Assembly (NCBI RefSeq): GCF_030144855.1
Contig: NC_082714.1
Span: 48,546,001-48,610,000, forward strand
DNA: 64,000 bases
Origin: Hypanus sabinus
Lineage: Eukaryota
Reading direction: 5' to 3'
Shown here one piece after another: positions 28,086 to 41,676 of the stretch (within the stretch, counting starts at the first letter, position 1; each line of letters opens with the position of its first letter). The notes under the pieces are model-generated. The model was not told where the DNA came from. It ran no database searches and was given only the letters and a program-made list of their open reading frames with translations. The position numbers and the translations under genes were made by a program.

Positions 28086-28239
28086 ATGATAGTGCAAGGG
28101 AAGACAATATCAGAATTCACAGCAGTGTTGCAGTTATAAAAAAATACTCTGCAGATGCACAATAAGCTGCAAGTCGATCATGAGGTAATTTGTGAGGTTG
28201 ACTGTCGATGGCATCATACAAGTGGACTATTTCATAGTT

Positions 28240-28775
28240 CAAAGCTCAAAGTTCAAAGTAAAATTATTATGAAATTAAAAATATATCACTAGAAATAACC
28301 CTGAGATTCAGTTTCTTGCGCACACACTCAGCAAATCCAAGAACCATAACAGAATCAACGAATCACCACACTCAATAGGGTGGACAAACAACACATGAGT
28401 AAAAGACAGCAACACATGCAAATACAAGGGAGAAAAATATTGATAGGTATTGAGAACATGAGATGAAGAATCCTTGAAACTGAGTCCAAAAATTGTGGAA
28501 ACAATTTAGTAATGGGGCAAGTGAAGTTGAATGAAATTATTTCCATTGATTCAGGAGCCTGATGGGTGACATAATAACTGTTCCTGAACCTGGTGGTGTG
28601 AGTCCTGAGACTCTGAACCTTCTTCCTGATGGCAGCAGTGAGATGAGAGCATGATTTGGGTGGAGTGGCGTCTCTGATGATGGATGTGGCTTTCCTGCAA
28701 CAATGTAGATGTGCCAAGAGAAGGGGAAGGCTTTACCTGTGATGGACTGGGCTGCATCCACTTCTGTTCTGATCA
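28240..28775 (-). mobile_element. Rex1/Babar-type LINE 3' fragment
   Basis: AAQSITG..., HP.H.L..LLPSGRR.R and TTRFRNSY..motifs typical of this clade's ORF C-terminus. Confidence 0.7.
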
Positions 28776-30922
28776 TCTTTTATGGTCGTATAACAAATGG
28801 AATAGAAACTATCCTTGATCCTAAAGATACCCACTTTCAGGCTTTTGATTCTCCTGTTTGACAACAGAGGAGATAAGAGAGAAGGTTAAGGCAATAGCAG
28901 TTGAAGTTTGTTTTTTATATCACACTTAGTGTAAACCTGGACTTTTCATTCTATGTTGAAACACTTAATTCTATCAATTCCTGGCTATGGCTGGTACATT
29001 TATTTACAAAGCACGAATGTCATCGCCAGCTCCCACAAAACACATCACATCCATCCTTTACATTCAACTCTAAGTTCTGGGAATAGAGAGGTTGTAATTG
29101 TGGCTCTTTCTCCATGGGTCACCCTTTCCTGATTTACTCACAATCCTGAGACAGTGCAGGATCTTATGCTGGCTACTGTCTGATTTACATCGTACTCATA
29201 GGCAGGGTGTCCAGATGACCACTGTCAGTACTTGCCCTCTGTTCTACACCAGCAGTCATTTCTGGCACCGAAGAACAACCAGGTGTATTCATTCCATGGT
29301 ACTTCCTGCCTCTGAAATCAATTTTTATAAGCTTAGCTTTACTTGTCACATGCACATTGAAACATTCAGTGAAAGGTCTCATTCACGACAAATCAAACCA
29401 GCAAGGATTATACTGGACAGCCCACAAGGATCACCAAGGTTCTGGTACCAATATGGCATGCCCACAATTGACTGACCCTGAAGCAAAGGTCTGGAATGAG
29501 AGAGGAAGTCAGAACACCTGGAGGAAATGCACTCAGTCTCGAGGAGTATGTGCAAACATCTTGCAGACAGGGGGTGGGGGGGGGGGAATCAAACCCAAAT
29601 CTTACAGCCCGGGATGTAAAGTGATGGCATTGAATACTAAGCTACTGTGCCAGCACATTTTTATAGTATATTAAAAATAGTCTTTAAACCAAAGCACATC
29701 CTCGAGCAGATGAACCACATGGAACTCTGAGATCAGGAGCTTGTGAATTGTGACAATGTGTAGTGATGACCATTAATGTAGATGTTGGTGCTTTCTGTGG
29801 CAGAGAGCACCTTTACGCAGCTACAGCTGGTGATCTGGAAATAAACACTCAATTTGTTTTCACTTTATATCTGATGGGGGGGGCGGCCACAGTGAATGGC
29901 AGTGCTCACGAGATAGGGTTTAGCTCTCTGTAGGTGAGAAGATCAGATTGTGAAGGGTGACAAGTGGAAGAAAGAACCACAAATGCATCTCCTCCATTCC
30001 TGGAACCTAGAGCTGAATATAATGGATGGATGTGTTAAATGGAAGCGAGAGTTGAACTCCCACATTTTGAACATAAATGTACCAGCTTTGCTCCACCTCC
30101 GCTTCACATCCTGTTGCAGCAACAGATGAGCATTTCTAATTTTAATGAAATATTTCTGATAATTTAGACAGGCCTCTGTTTACTTTTGACATAAGTGATG
30201 TTTTCAGCAATGAAATGTGACAGTGTCTCACAGTGATCTGCCCATGTTGGTCTGAGTGTGAAAAACAACAACCAAAGCTATTGTGGACATTTTCCTCATT
30301 TTAAAGTAGACAGTTGTTAAAGTAGCAGAGAATTTTCATTCTCTGCCCCTGTTGTTTTAAACTAAAAATTGTATTACTTTATTCTATTTTGTATACTATA
30401 ATACATTTTCTAAGCAGAAGTGTGGATGTTATCCCAGTCATCAAATCTCTTTTAAAAAGGCCCACTGATGAATAATTAAATCATTGCTCTGTATGGACAA
30501 CCCTTTTATAATTCATCTAAACTATGTGCTACTGTTGTACAAAAATGGTCTAAGGTGTGATGGTGATGGGAGAATGGGGAGGTGTTAATGGATTATGTGG
30601 GTACAGAAAATCTAAGAGCTTTGGAATTACTCTGAGAACAGACAGTGTGTCACTGGGCTGAAACCTTGTTATGAAATGTGAATAAAAGTGAGAATTTGGC
30701 TGCTGCTTTACCCTAAATTACATCAGTTAGTTTATTTCTAATTACTTCAGCTGATGAAATATGCTTTGACCTGTGCTGGGACAGCGAAAGGTCCTACTTG
30801 TGCTCAATGTCTGCTTTTTAACACCAAATCGTTGTTCATCTCAACATTGACCAAGTCAAAGATCTTTTAATATTCATTCTCTAGAGATGAAGAATTTACC
30901 TCTGTGAGAGAAATGTTGTTTC

Positions 30923-30928
30923 TTTATT
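30923..30928 (-). terminator. Poly(A) signal of beta copy 1
   Basis: First AATAAA on the minus strand after the stop codon, about 195 nt downstream. Confidence 0.6.
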
Positions 30929-31122
30929 GTAGCAAAAAGAATGCTTACAAATATTTTCCAACTTTTGAAGAAAATTCCCATCCAAAGAGGAATATTGTGC
31001 CACCTTTACATTAGCATGACTTGAACTTACACAAATTCTTTAAAGAAACAACACATTGTAGATATTGATAATACATGTTTTCATTGCATTTCTGAAGGTG
31101 GTGAAGGATGCAGGTTATAGAT

Positions 31123-32380
31123 TTAATGGTAGTTGTTGGAGAGAGCTTCTGTCACCAGTTTAAAAAACTTGTAGGCAGCTTCATGTTCCTCTGGTCCGAA
31201 TGCCGTTTTATCACGAAGAGCGAGTTCAACAATGAAGGCTTGGCTGAGAAGCTGTGAAGAAAAACAATAAGTATACAACATTGAAACAAAACCTGAAAGC
31301 AAAACTCAAACCTCCAATGACTTCATACAGAACAGCCCAGAAGGAGTCCATTTTGTCCTCTGGGTCGATGTCCATTCCCAGTGTTGTAAATACATTGGGC
31401 CCCACCTTTTTTCCTGTACCCTGACAACATATCCCAGTCTCATGTGCCCATCAAAGCCTTTTTGACTCTTTTTGATGCATAGTAGCTAATTAACCTGAAG
31501 CACTGCAAACTGGAGCGAACTCTCTACAGACAACAGCCAATGTGAGGATAATTTCAGTGTCCCTAGAGCAGTGAAGTCAAAAATGGTTCTGCATTTGTTA
31601 GATGTTGAATAAAGGGAAATTGAAATCAACTTCTCAGGAAAATTTGAAAAGGACTGCCCTTTGCACAGTAAGCAGATGTGCTCCTTTTCCCTGCAGTTCA
31701 GTTCATGATGCTTGGTTGTCATGTTTGTTATAAATTCTGTAATTGAGAAATATCTAAAACACCCCTTTAACTAAACTGTGCACATCCTAAAAAGATGAGT
31801 TTTTACCTTGAAATTCTGAGTGTCCACTCCGATTTTTTGATGTTTACTGCTCAGTTCATAGAAATTAGTTTCAATATTCTTCAAATCCTCAATTGCAGTG
31901 TTCAGAGCCTTCAGCACTTTGCCTGCATGAGTCTGAACACCAGGGTCAGAGGCTGCAAAACGGCCATTGAAATTTTTAAACAGTCTGGTCGTCCAGGGAT
32001 ACACAGAGAATACCCTAGAAAGAGAAAAAAACAAGTTGCCCAGTTTCTGTTATGATAACTTAGAATTAATTAATTTCTCAAAGTTCATGATTGAGGAAAT
32101 TTTTATCAAATAAAGAGTTGAGTTTCTGTGGGTTGATCTGGAATCTCAGTGCAGTGCTGAATACTAGTTCCTTCACCCAATGACAGCATCTAGGCAAGCA
32201 TAGCAAATTAAAGAACCTTCACTAGAACCATAGTTGAAAATACAGTGCATGATTTAAACATAAAACAGAAAACACACTTCCATCATACCTTGCCAAGGCT
32301 TGGGCAGTTATTGCTTTCTTATCCATCTGGTCCCATTTGTTCCTGATGTATTGTTCCTGAGCCTGTGTTAATTTCACCAT
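31123..32380 (-). CDS. hbb: Haemoglobin beta-like chain, copy 1 (exons 32380-32289, 32014-31807, 31251-31123; 142 aa)
   Basis: Spliced translation [142 protein letters not shown]. Has the beta hallmark YPWT, distal His (THAGKV), proximal His (SKHQ) and C-terminal YH. Coding exons are 92/208/129 nt with GT-AG introns in phases 2 and 0; no stops or frameshifts. Confidence 0.97.
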
Positions 32381-32450
32381 TTTGGTTGTTAAGCTCTCAC
32401 TGTCACTGCTTGCACAAGAAAGCTGTGTGGATCTGGAGTTTTGACTTCAC

Positions 32451-32458
32451 TTTTATAG
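32451..32458 (-). promoter_or_regulatory. TATA box of beta copy 1
   Basis: CTATAAAA on the minus strand about 70 nt upstream of the ATG; conserved at the same offset in beta copy 2. Confidence 0.75.
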
Positions 32459-33123
32459 GCGGCGAACTGGCTCATGGTTCAACACCTGACTGTAATAGGC
32501 TGACTACTAGATGGGCTGGGCACACTTTCCAAATGAGGGCTGCAACCCTTCTGTGTTAACACTTGCTGAACCATTGCTTGTCTGAGCCCCACTTCTGCCC
32601 ATTCAACACCAAGTGTAATTCTCCAATTTTGTTGACGATTAATTCAATACACTCGTTTTCAAACTGTAGAACTCTCTGGTTGTTGGTTGAAGTTCAGCTT
32701 TTACACTTCATTTTGCCGATTGCACTTTTTCATTAAATAATACTATTTTTCAGAAATTAATATGTTTCTGTTGTTGAAATCAGATCCATGACTATTATAA
32801 TATAACCTGAATAATGTTCTCTTCTGTATAGATATGGGATTGTACCAATGGAAAACCGATGACAAACTTACATCATCAAATTCAGACAAAATTATTTTAA
32901 AATACTGGGCTATAGCAGTAAAGTGCACTTCATGGTCCTGGGGTCTTTCCGACTGATGACTCTGCTATGAACATTCATTGGGTAACTAATATCATCTTGC
33001 ATCGTCAGTGGGTAGATTTATGAAGTTTGTAAATGGACACATATGGACAAAACTCTATTTCTGATTTGTGTGTCCATTCAATAGCGAACCAGCAATGAGC
33101 ATTCACAAACTTACTGTGGATAG

Positions 33124-36100
33124 AATTCAACACTAAATTCCAAAAGTCACCAGTAGCCATTGTGAAAACCACCATTTTATCCCCAATCTCAGACTTCTGA
33201 CAATCAACCACATTTCTATCTATACTCGTACTTTATCTCTTATCCAGAGTAGCAGCAATGTGTACCAGACCTTGTTAAAAGCTTCTTGACAATCCATGCA
33301 AATGATATTCACTCAATGTGTCACGTTTCTGTAAGAGATATAATATCACAATCCCACATGTCAAAGATGCCCTGAGATCATCAGCCCATTCGGCTTCTTG
33401 CAGTTTAGGTGATCAAACCTTCCTTGCTCCTTGTCCTGCTCCTGCTGGCTGGATTTTTTCACTTTAACTTCTATATTTACTCCAGTTTTCTCACTGATTG
33501 CATAACTATTTTGGGATCCATGTCCTGCTCAACTTGTTCAAACACATCCAAATAACTCTAGCAATTGCCTCGGCTATTTTGAGAGGCTTCGATAGAGTAG
33601 ACAGCCAGTGTCTTTTTGCCCAAGGATGAAATGTCCACTACTGGAGGGCTGCATTTATCACAAGAAGGGGAAGTTCAAAGGAAATATATGGGATAGGTTT
33701 TTTATAACAGAGTGGTGGGTGTCAGTGCTGTGTTACCATGGTTGGTAGTAGAGGTAGATATGATAGAGATGTTGAAGACGGTCTTAGAAGGACACATGAA
33801 TGTGCAGAGAATGAGGAATATGGACAATCTGCTGGCAGAATAGATTAGATATCACTAGCTTAATTAGTTTGGGTGAAGGGCCTTTTCCTGTCCTATACTG
33901 TTCTATGCTGGTGAAATAGCAGCTATGTTATTGTACACATTTTTGGTCTTTGCTTTCTAAAAAGACACACTAAGCTGCTAAGGTGAGTGCAAAATTTCAA
34001 AGGACTCATCAGAATATCAGTTATGGGATACAAACACACAGCCATAATAAACCAAATAGCTAATTTGCCTATTTAATTTACAGAATGTTGGAAACACTTG
34101 GGAGGTCACGTCTATGTGATTTCTTCTTTCCCAGCCACAGGTACAGCTTGACCTTTTGAGTAATTTCAACATTTGCAAGTGTTTTTGATTGTCAGATATG
34201 AAAGTTCTCACCACTGGTAGTACACTGTTCAAACACATTTTCCACTCAGTAAATGAAGTAGCCCATGCCTTGCTACAACAAGCTCCGCAAAACATTCTGC
34301 CATAAACAGCTGGTAACATTCACATTACCGAAGTGCCACATAACAGGGACCTCCAACAAGATGCCATGCAGACACTTGTCCCTGTGTTCAAGACCATTAT
34401 CATTGAGTTCTACCATCAACATCCTGTGAATCATTACTGACCAAGTACCAAAATGGACCAGCTACAGATCTACTTTAGATATATGAGCTGGTCAGATGCT
34501 GGCTTTGCTAAGGCAAGAGACTCATGTATACCACAGTCAGAACTTTCCAACTTTCACCAAAGGTACAATTCTGCAGTGTGATGGAATACTCCCCACTTGC
34601 CTGAATGAGGGCATCTCCAACAGCATTAAGGAAGGTTACCGCCATCCACACTTGCACACCAGCTTTCTGCATCAGCCATTCATGCACTCTGTCCTCTCCA
34701 ACCACTGCAGCAGTCGTTGCACAAAGACATCCACACTCCCAGCTGCAGCTGCTCTGCTTCTGTGTTGTCCCTTTACGAGACAAAACACAAGGGATCTGTT
34801 GTGCTTATTATTGTCACATGTACTATGATTGAAAAAAATATGTCTTGTATGGCATTCATAAAGATAATTTTGTTTTAACAATGCATTGAGGTAGTACTTA
34901 GTGAACCAATAACTGAATGAAGAATAAAATGTTACTTTTACTGAGAAAGTACAATACAAGCAGACATAAGGTGCATGGCCACAGTGAGATAGATCGTGAG
35001 GAGAAAAGTTCAATGCCATTGTAACTATGGGACAGAAACTGTCCTTGAGCCTACTAGTATGTGCTTTCAAACATTTGTATCCTGCCCTATGGGAGGGTGG
35101 GGAAGAGCCAAGTTCTGGGGTGAGTGGGGTCTTTGATTATCTTGTCTTCTTTATCAAGGCAAGCAAATGCTATCTTATCCTTACTGAGTGTGATCTGTTG
35201 GTTAGGAACTCATGTTGTGTGCTGAAGACAAGGTAGCCCTGTGACATTGTGACCTCTATTCATGTGTTCATCCTGAAGCTGAAACAGCATTCTACAAGTA
35301 GAGAATCACTAGCACGATTTACAGTGGGACACAATAGATACTGAGCCTATGTCTACTTAATCTAAGAGGCACTAGAGAGCCATAGATTATGAGTTTTGCA
35401 CATGAAAATGCACAAGGAATTTTTCAGACTTGTTTCATTGGAAGTGTGAGGCTCATTAAAGAAGCTGAGCGTTGGTAAGGTAAGATGAGGTAAGATCTTT
35501 TCTTTCCGTTCATAGTCTTGATGGCTTAGAGATAGTAGTCAAGATAGTTGTGTGTTCATCCTGCAGAACATGGGGAAAGTCAGGGAAGCTCCCATGGTTC
35601 CTTGTGATTCAACCTGTGGGAGGTGTGTTCAGTTGCAGCTCCTGACTGACTGCATAGAGTGACTGGGGCTGTAGATGAACCAAAAGGATGAAATAATGCA
35701 GAAGCAATTGAGAGAATTGGGTAGTTGGTTAAAAAGCAGGAGCACTAGGGTTATGGGAATAGCAGGATAGGGCTGATGAATGTGTGGCTAATGAACTGGT
35801 GCAGGTCTGACAGACACCTCAGGATGGTGGGACATCTCCAGGACAGAGGTCACTTGCACAAGAGAGATATGTTTTAATAGGCTTCCTGGCCGAGGCAATT
35901 GCTAGACTTACTTGGATGTGTTTGAACAAGTTGAGCGGGATATGGATCCCAAAGTGGTTATGCAATCAATGAAAAAACTGGAGTAAGTACAGAAGTTAAA
36001 GTGAAAAAATCCAGCCAGCAGGAGCAGGACAAGGAGTGAGGCAGGTCTGACCACCTAAACTGCAAGAAGCCTGACAGGCTGATGATCTCAGAGTATATTT

Positions 36101-36321
36101 GACATGTGGGATTGTGATATCATATCTCTTACAGAAACGTGATACATTGAGTGGATACCATTTGTTTGGATTATCAGGAAGCTTTTAACAAGGTCTGGCA
36201 CACAGTGCTGCTACACTGGATAAGAGATAAAGTATGAGTATAGATAGAAAAGTGGTTGATTGTCAGAAGTCAGAGTTTTTCGTGATGGCTGCTGGTGACT
36301 TTTGGAATTTAGAGCTGAATT
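33124..36321. repeat. Inverted repeat pair (33124-33574 and 35889-36321) upstream of beta copy 1
   Basis: The reverse complement of the left arm aligns continuously with the right arm, e.g. GCAATTGCCTCGGC/GCCGAGGCAATTGC and CCTGCTGGCTGGATTTTTTCACTTTAACTTCT/AGAAGTTAAAGTGAAAAAATCCAGCCAGCAGG. Confidence 0.9.
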
Positions 36322-38039
36322 TGCAGCTTTTTGCTTTATGCAATAATGATTTAGATGAAGAAACTGATGATACTGTGGCTATGTTTGATAAGTGGACGAA
36401 TAGGCAATATCCCAGAGACAGGATGTCTGCAGAATGACCTGGACAGGTTGGAAGAGTGGGCAAAGAATAAGCAGATGGAATGTAGAATAGGGATTGTGGG
36501 GTTATACATGTTGGTAGGAAGAACAAAGGTCTATTTCCTAAATGAGGAGAAAATTCAGAAATCAGAGGTGTAAAGTTACTTGGGATTCCTAAATCAGAAT
36601 TCCCTCAAGGTTAATTTACAGGTTGAGTCAATAGTGAACAAGACAAATGCAATATTAACATTCATTTTGGGAGGATTAAAATATACAAGCAAATATATAA
36701 TGCTGAGGTTTTATTGTCATGTAAGACTTAGCTAGCATTCCAAAGACTTCTGCACAGGACTTTATTTCTCGACAAGGAGCGAAGAGTAAGTTTGTAGATC
36801 TCAATGGAGCAATATTATGAGAAATTTTGGGTCCTTTCTCCAAGGAAGGGTGTACTAGATTGGAGGGGATCCAGATCCAGAGAAGTGTTTGATGTCTCTG
36901 GGCCTGTACTCCATTGTGTTCAGAAGGATGAGGGGCCATCTCGGTGAAAACTATCGGATACTGAAAGGCTTGGACAGAGTGGATGTGGAGAGGATGTTTC
37001 CATTAGGAGGAGATACTAAGGGTATGCCCTCAGAATTTAGGCTTGCCCTTTAAAAGAGCAGAGAAGAAATTTCTTCAGCCAAAGGGTGAAAAGAGGACAT
37101 GGGATATCTTTGGCAGATAAGGTGGAGGTGAGCCTTCACAGTTTTAATGCATGTTAAGAGACAAAGAGGAAGAGGTAGAGAGTATTTCCCCTTTAGGATC
37201 CGTGTAGTAAGGTCTGTGTGGAGTTACAAGTAAAAGGTCAATTTTTAAATGTGTATTCTCCTCTGTATTTACTGTGGCAAAGGATGTGAAACTGGGTGAG
37301 TTTAAGGAAATTTTCAATGATATCCTGAAGCATATTGACATACAAAAGTGGAGGCAATTGTAGATGAAACTCAAAATAGTCTATATATCCTCAAGATACT
37401 GATATCACAAAAGGATAATCTGCATCTTAGAGTAGACTTCCAGCAATCGTATTGCAGGAAATTTTGAAGTTACTTAAACCAATTGAATGGTCCATTTTGG
37501 TGTTCCAGTTAGGAAAAATGAATTCCTCTATTCATAATGATATTGAAAAAGACAATAAAGATGATTTTATCCCATTTAAAATTGGATGTTGAATTTTTAT
37601 AACTATGTGATTGACTAGATAAATATAAAAACATAACAAAATACTTTATCAGGATAAAATTTTAAGGACAGCCTGAATTACTTTTCACATTTTCCCTGGA
37701 CTGTAGGAGACTGAGGGGTGAGCTGACAGGGTTGTATATGATCACGAGGACATAAATGGATTTTTATCTGAGTGTAGTGGAGTCTAAAACTGAACAACAT
37801 GGTTTTCTGGTGAAAGGGAAATGATTTACAAGACAACGGGGGGGGGGGGTACTTTTTCTCACAGAGTGGTGGGTATATGAAATGAGGTGGGAGAGCAGGC
37901 TTTAGAAACAGGAACAACGTGAGGAAATGGGACTAGGTCAGATAGCCATTGGTAGACTTGGATGAGCTGGGCTGATTGGCCTGTTTCCATATTGTACAAC
38001 ACTACAACTCTGTTTATCTATATTTTAAGTTTAAATCTT

Positions 38040-41000
38040 GCATCTGAAATTTCATCCCAGATTGTCTGGGATGCTATGAAAGCATATTTGAGGGGTCAAA
38101 TAATTTCATATACAGCGAATCTTAACAGAAAGTCCCGTATAGAGCGATTAGACTTAATTAATCAGATTAAAGAATTAGTTCAATTATATGCTCAGACTAA
38201 AAACCCCGAATTATATAAGAAGCGTGTAGAACTTCGAACTAAATTTGACCTTCTCTCTACTCAACCTGTTGAACGTCAACTTCTTGAAAGTAAGAGTCGC
38301 TTTTATATTCACGGTGACAAATCTGGTAAATTTCTAGTTAATCAGTTGAGATGTTCTAGAAGATCCAGAAGCAGAATGGGGATATTACATCGAATCACTC
38401 AGAAATTAATGATGTATTTAAAAATTTTTATTCTCGGCCTTATTTCTCTGAATCTCTGAATGAGAATATTTCTGTTGATCTTTTTTTAAATAGCTTGAAT
38501 ATCCCTTTGCTTTCATCTGATTCTAAAGCAAAACTTAATGAGCCTATATCATTAGAAGAAATATCTTTTGCAATGTCTGCACTGTCTTCAGGCAAATCTC
38601 CTGGACCTGATGGGTTCCCCGTGGAATTTTATAAATCATTCTCTTCACTTCTTTCACCTCAGTTACTCTCAGTACTATCTGACTTGTTTAACTATGGTAA
38701 ATTGCCACCCTCATTTAATGAGGCATGTATTATTCTTTTATTAAGAAAGGGCAAAGATCCAACAGAGTGTTCCTCGTACAGGCTGATTTCTTTGCTTAAT
38801 GTTGATGTTAAAATTTTGGCCAAAGTTTTGGCTCATAGATTAGAAACTGTTATACCCTCTATTATTTCTGATGATCAAACTGGTTTTATTAAAAATCATC
38901 TTCCTTTTTTTAATATACAGCATTTATTCAATATTTTATATTCACCTTCAACTGGGACTCCTGAATGCGTTATCTCTCTCGATGCAGAGAAAGGATTTGA
39001 TCGTATAGAGTGGAACTACCTCTTTGTGGTTTTAGAAAAATTTGACCTCGGTCAAAGTTTTATCTTTTGGATCAAATTGCTATATTTATGTCCTACCACC
39101 TCTGTTTTGACTAATTCTCAGCAATCCCAGTTATTTAACCTTAAACATGGCACCCGTCAAGGGTGTCCCTTAAGTCCCTTTCTTTTTGACTGGGCTGTAG
39201 GGCCTCTGGCGATTGCACTTCGAAGCTGTCCTGAATTGATGGGGATCTGGAGTGGGGGTGTTGAGCATAAAATTTCTCTTTATGCTGACCTATTACTTTT
39301 TCTTTCAAATCCGTACACATCCTTACCTCCAATGTTTTCACTTCTTGATCAATTTAGCCAGTTTTCTGGCTATAAACTTAATTTACATAAGAGTGAACTT
39401 TTCCCAATTAATAAAGAAGCACAAGTATTAGCATTTCGTGATGTCCCCCTTTAAAGTAGTTGATAATCAATTTACCTACCTTGGTATTAAAGTTTAAAGA
39501 TCTTTTTCGTGAAAATTTTGCCAATCTTTTGTACTCTACAAAACAGAGTTTGTCACAATGGTCACCTCTATCTATGTCTTTGGTAGGTCATAGTAATGTT
39601 ATTAAAATGCTTATTCTCCCTAAAATTTTATATTTATTTCAATCTATTCCAATTTTCATTTCTAAAACCTTTTTTGATTCCTTAGACTCTATTATTTTGT
39701 CCTATCTGTGGAAGAGTAAGCATTCTAGAATTAATAAAGTTTATCTTCAAAAATCTAAAAAAGAGGGTGGCATGGCCTTACCTAATTTTTGTCTGTACTA
39801 CTGGGCAGCTAACATTCTTTGTCTTATCTTCTGGTCTTTTTTTCATAGCCAGTCTGATCGCCCTAATTGGGTAGCAATGGAGCTGAATTCCACTAAAGAT
39901 CTATCAATTTCTGCACTTCTTGGTTCTGCACTCACTAGTGGTTTGTCTAGACTAATTGTTAATCCTCTTGTTAGACATACTTTGCAAATATGGGCCCAGT
40001 TTAGGAAATTTTATGGTTTTTATGGTTTTTCCCTTTCTAGTCCTATTTTACATAATCATCTTTTTCTTCCTACTATGTATGATTCAATATTTTATGATTG
40101 GTATAGAAAGGGCATTAGGTATTTAGAAGATCTTTTTATCGATAATTGTTTTGCATCTTTTCAACAGCTCTCTGCTAAGTTCAATTTACCTAATGCCCAT
40201 TTCTTTAGATATCTCCAAATTAGACATTTTATCAATCCTTTATTTCCCAACTTCCCTGAAATGCCCGAGAAAAATGCTATGCACTTATTTCTTTCTATTA
40301 ATCTATTGGGTAAAGGCTTAATATCTTTTATTCGTAATAAATTAGTATCCTTACGGTGTGCCCCTGTGGATAAATTCAGAATGGCTTGGGAGTATGACTT
40401 AAATATCACTTTATCTGATGAGGTTTGGGACTCGATTCTCAAATCAGTTAATTCAACTTCTCTTTGTACTCATAGGGCCCATATGTGCAAATCTAAACTA
40501 TCTCGATTTTATCCCAATATTAGTTCTCTTTGTGATAAATGCAAAAGTGGCGAGGTTTCTCTTATTCATATGTATTGGACCTGTCCTAGTCTAGAGAAAT
40601 TTTGGAGAGATGTTTTTATAATCTTAACCTGTATTCTGAATCACCACTTAGAACCTAACCCTTTAATTGCTCTGTTTGGTTTCTTGGGTGAGACAGATAT
40701 ACGCTTGAGTTCGACTAAATGTTGAATATTATCTTTTGCTTCTCTCCTGGCTAGACATCTAATTCTTCTTAGATGGAGAGATGTTGCCCCACCCACGCAT
40801 GCTCAATGGCTTAACGATATCATGTCCTGCTTAGACCTTAAAAAAATTCATTATTCAATTCTTAATTCAGATATAAAGTTTCATAAGGTCTGGGGACCTT
40901 TTATTGAGTATTTTCATAACTTTCCTTTTAATTAAGTTTTTTTTTCAGTCCTTTGCTTTCAGTTTTTTTTGGTAGTAGGCATTATTATCTTCTGTTTTCA

Positions 41001-41258
41001 ATTGTATTTACAGTTTTGGGGGTTTGAATGTTCTGATTTATATTTTCTACATATTGTTTTGGTTGGTCTGGAGTTTTTTTTGTGGGGTTGGGGGTGGACC
41101 TAACTTTCCACGACTTCAACTTGGGTGCTTTTTCAATTATTTTATTTTGTACTATATTACTATTGTATGTTTATTTTGCACTGTACTAATTTCCTATTTT
41201 GTTTTTGGGTTTTTTTTTGTAGTGTTGTAGAAAATGCATTAAAAATCAATTAAAAAAC
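38040..41258 (+). mobile_element. 5'-truncated L1 LINE (ORF2 RT to 3' end)
   Basis: WDAMKAYLRGQIISY, KSPGPDGFPVEFYK, TRQGCPLSP, LYAD and CDKC..HMYWTC; frameshifts; A-rich end near 41240-41257. Confidence 0.95.
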
Positions 41259-41606
41259 AGCTTGCTTTGAGTAGTGAGTCATGAATATGTTGTTGAATGT
41301 ATAAACTTCATATGGAGAGATTTTGATTTCCTATTTCAAATATTTGTTTTTCAGAAATCTCTGCTGTGAGCTTGACTCATTTACAATGGGGCAAAAAATA
41401 ATTGCCGGGCAAACAGACATTTGTTGGCGCAACCCTTTTATGTCTAAGAACTTTCTCCTCGTTGTTATCTAGTGATATAGGTAAACAGACCCTGCAGTAT
41501 TGTTTGTGTTTTTCCTAATAGACAAATCTCACAGTTACTTTTCTGAAATTGAAAATATTTAATAAATCAGCCACAGCAAATTATAAAGCATTGATTGAAG
41601 TAAAAG

Positions 41607-41612
41607 TTTATT
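41607..41612 (-). terminator. Poly(A) signal of the alpha gene
   Basis: AATAAA on the minus strand about 65 nt after the TAA stop. Confidence 0.75.
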
Positions 41613-41676
41613 TAGCTTAGTTTATCAATTATGACAATAATCTTGCTGTCATCACTGTAGTTTGTTACTTGTGTCT

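Larger units (their letters stand above)
12250..34770 (+). repeat. Segmental duplication, copy A (contains beta copy 1)
   Basis: Colinear blocks match copy B: 13140-13690 ~ 49730-50990, 13700-14180 ~ 52850-53310, 20780-21940 ~ 53320-54490, 26140-26990 ~ 54810-55640, 29340-30110 ~ 55790-57380, 30540-32720 ~ 60340-62620, 33575-34770 ~ 62810-64000. Boundaries are approximate. Confidence 0.9.

Noticed and set aside
30751-30795. Intact hammerhead ribozyme (CTGATGA...GAAA) downstream of beta copy 1
   Set aside because: No stem II pairing next to the core, and the motif is not conserved in the paralogous flank near 60545.
31771-32034. ORF-track globin fragments (also 41904-42179 and 61623-61811) as truncated pseudogenes
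   Set aside because: They are exon 2 plus intron read-through of intact three-exon genes.
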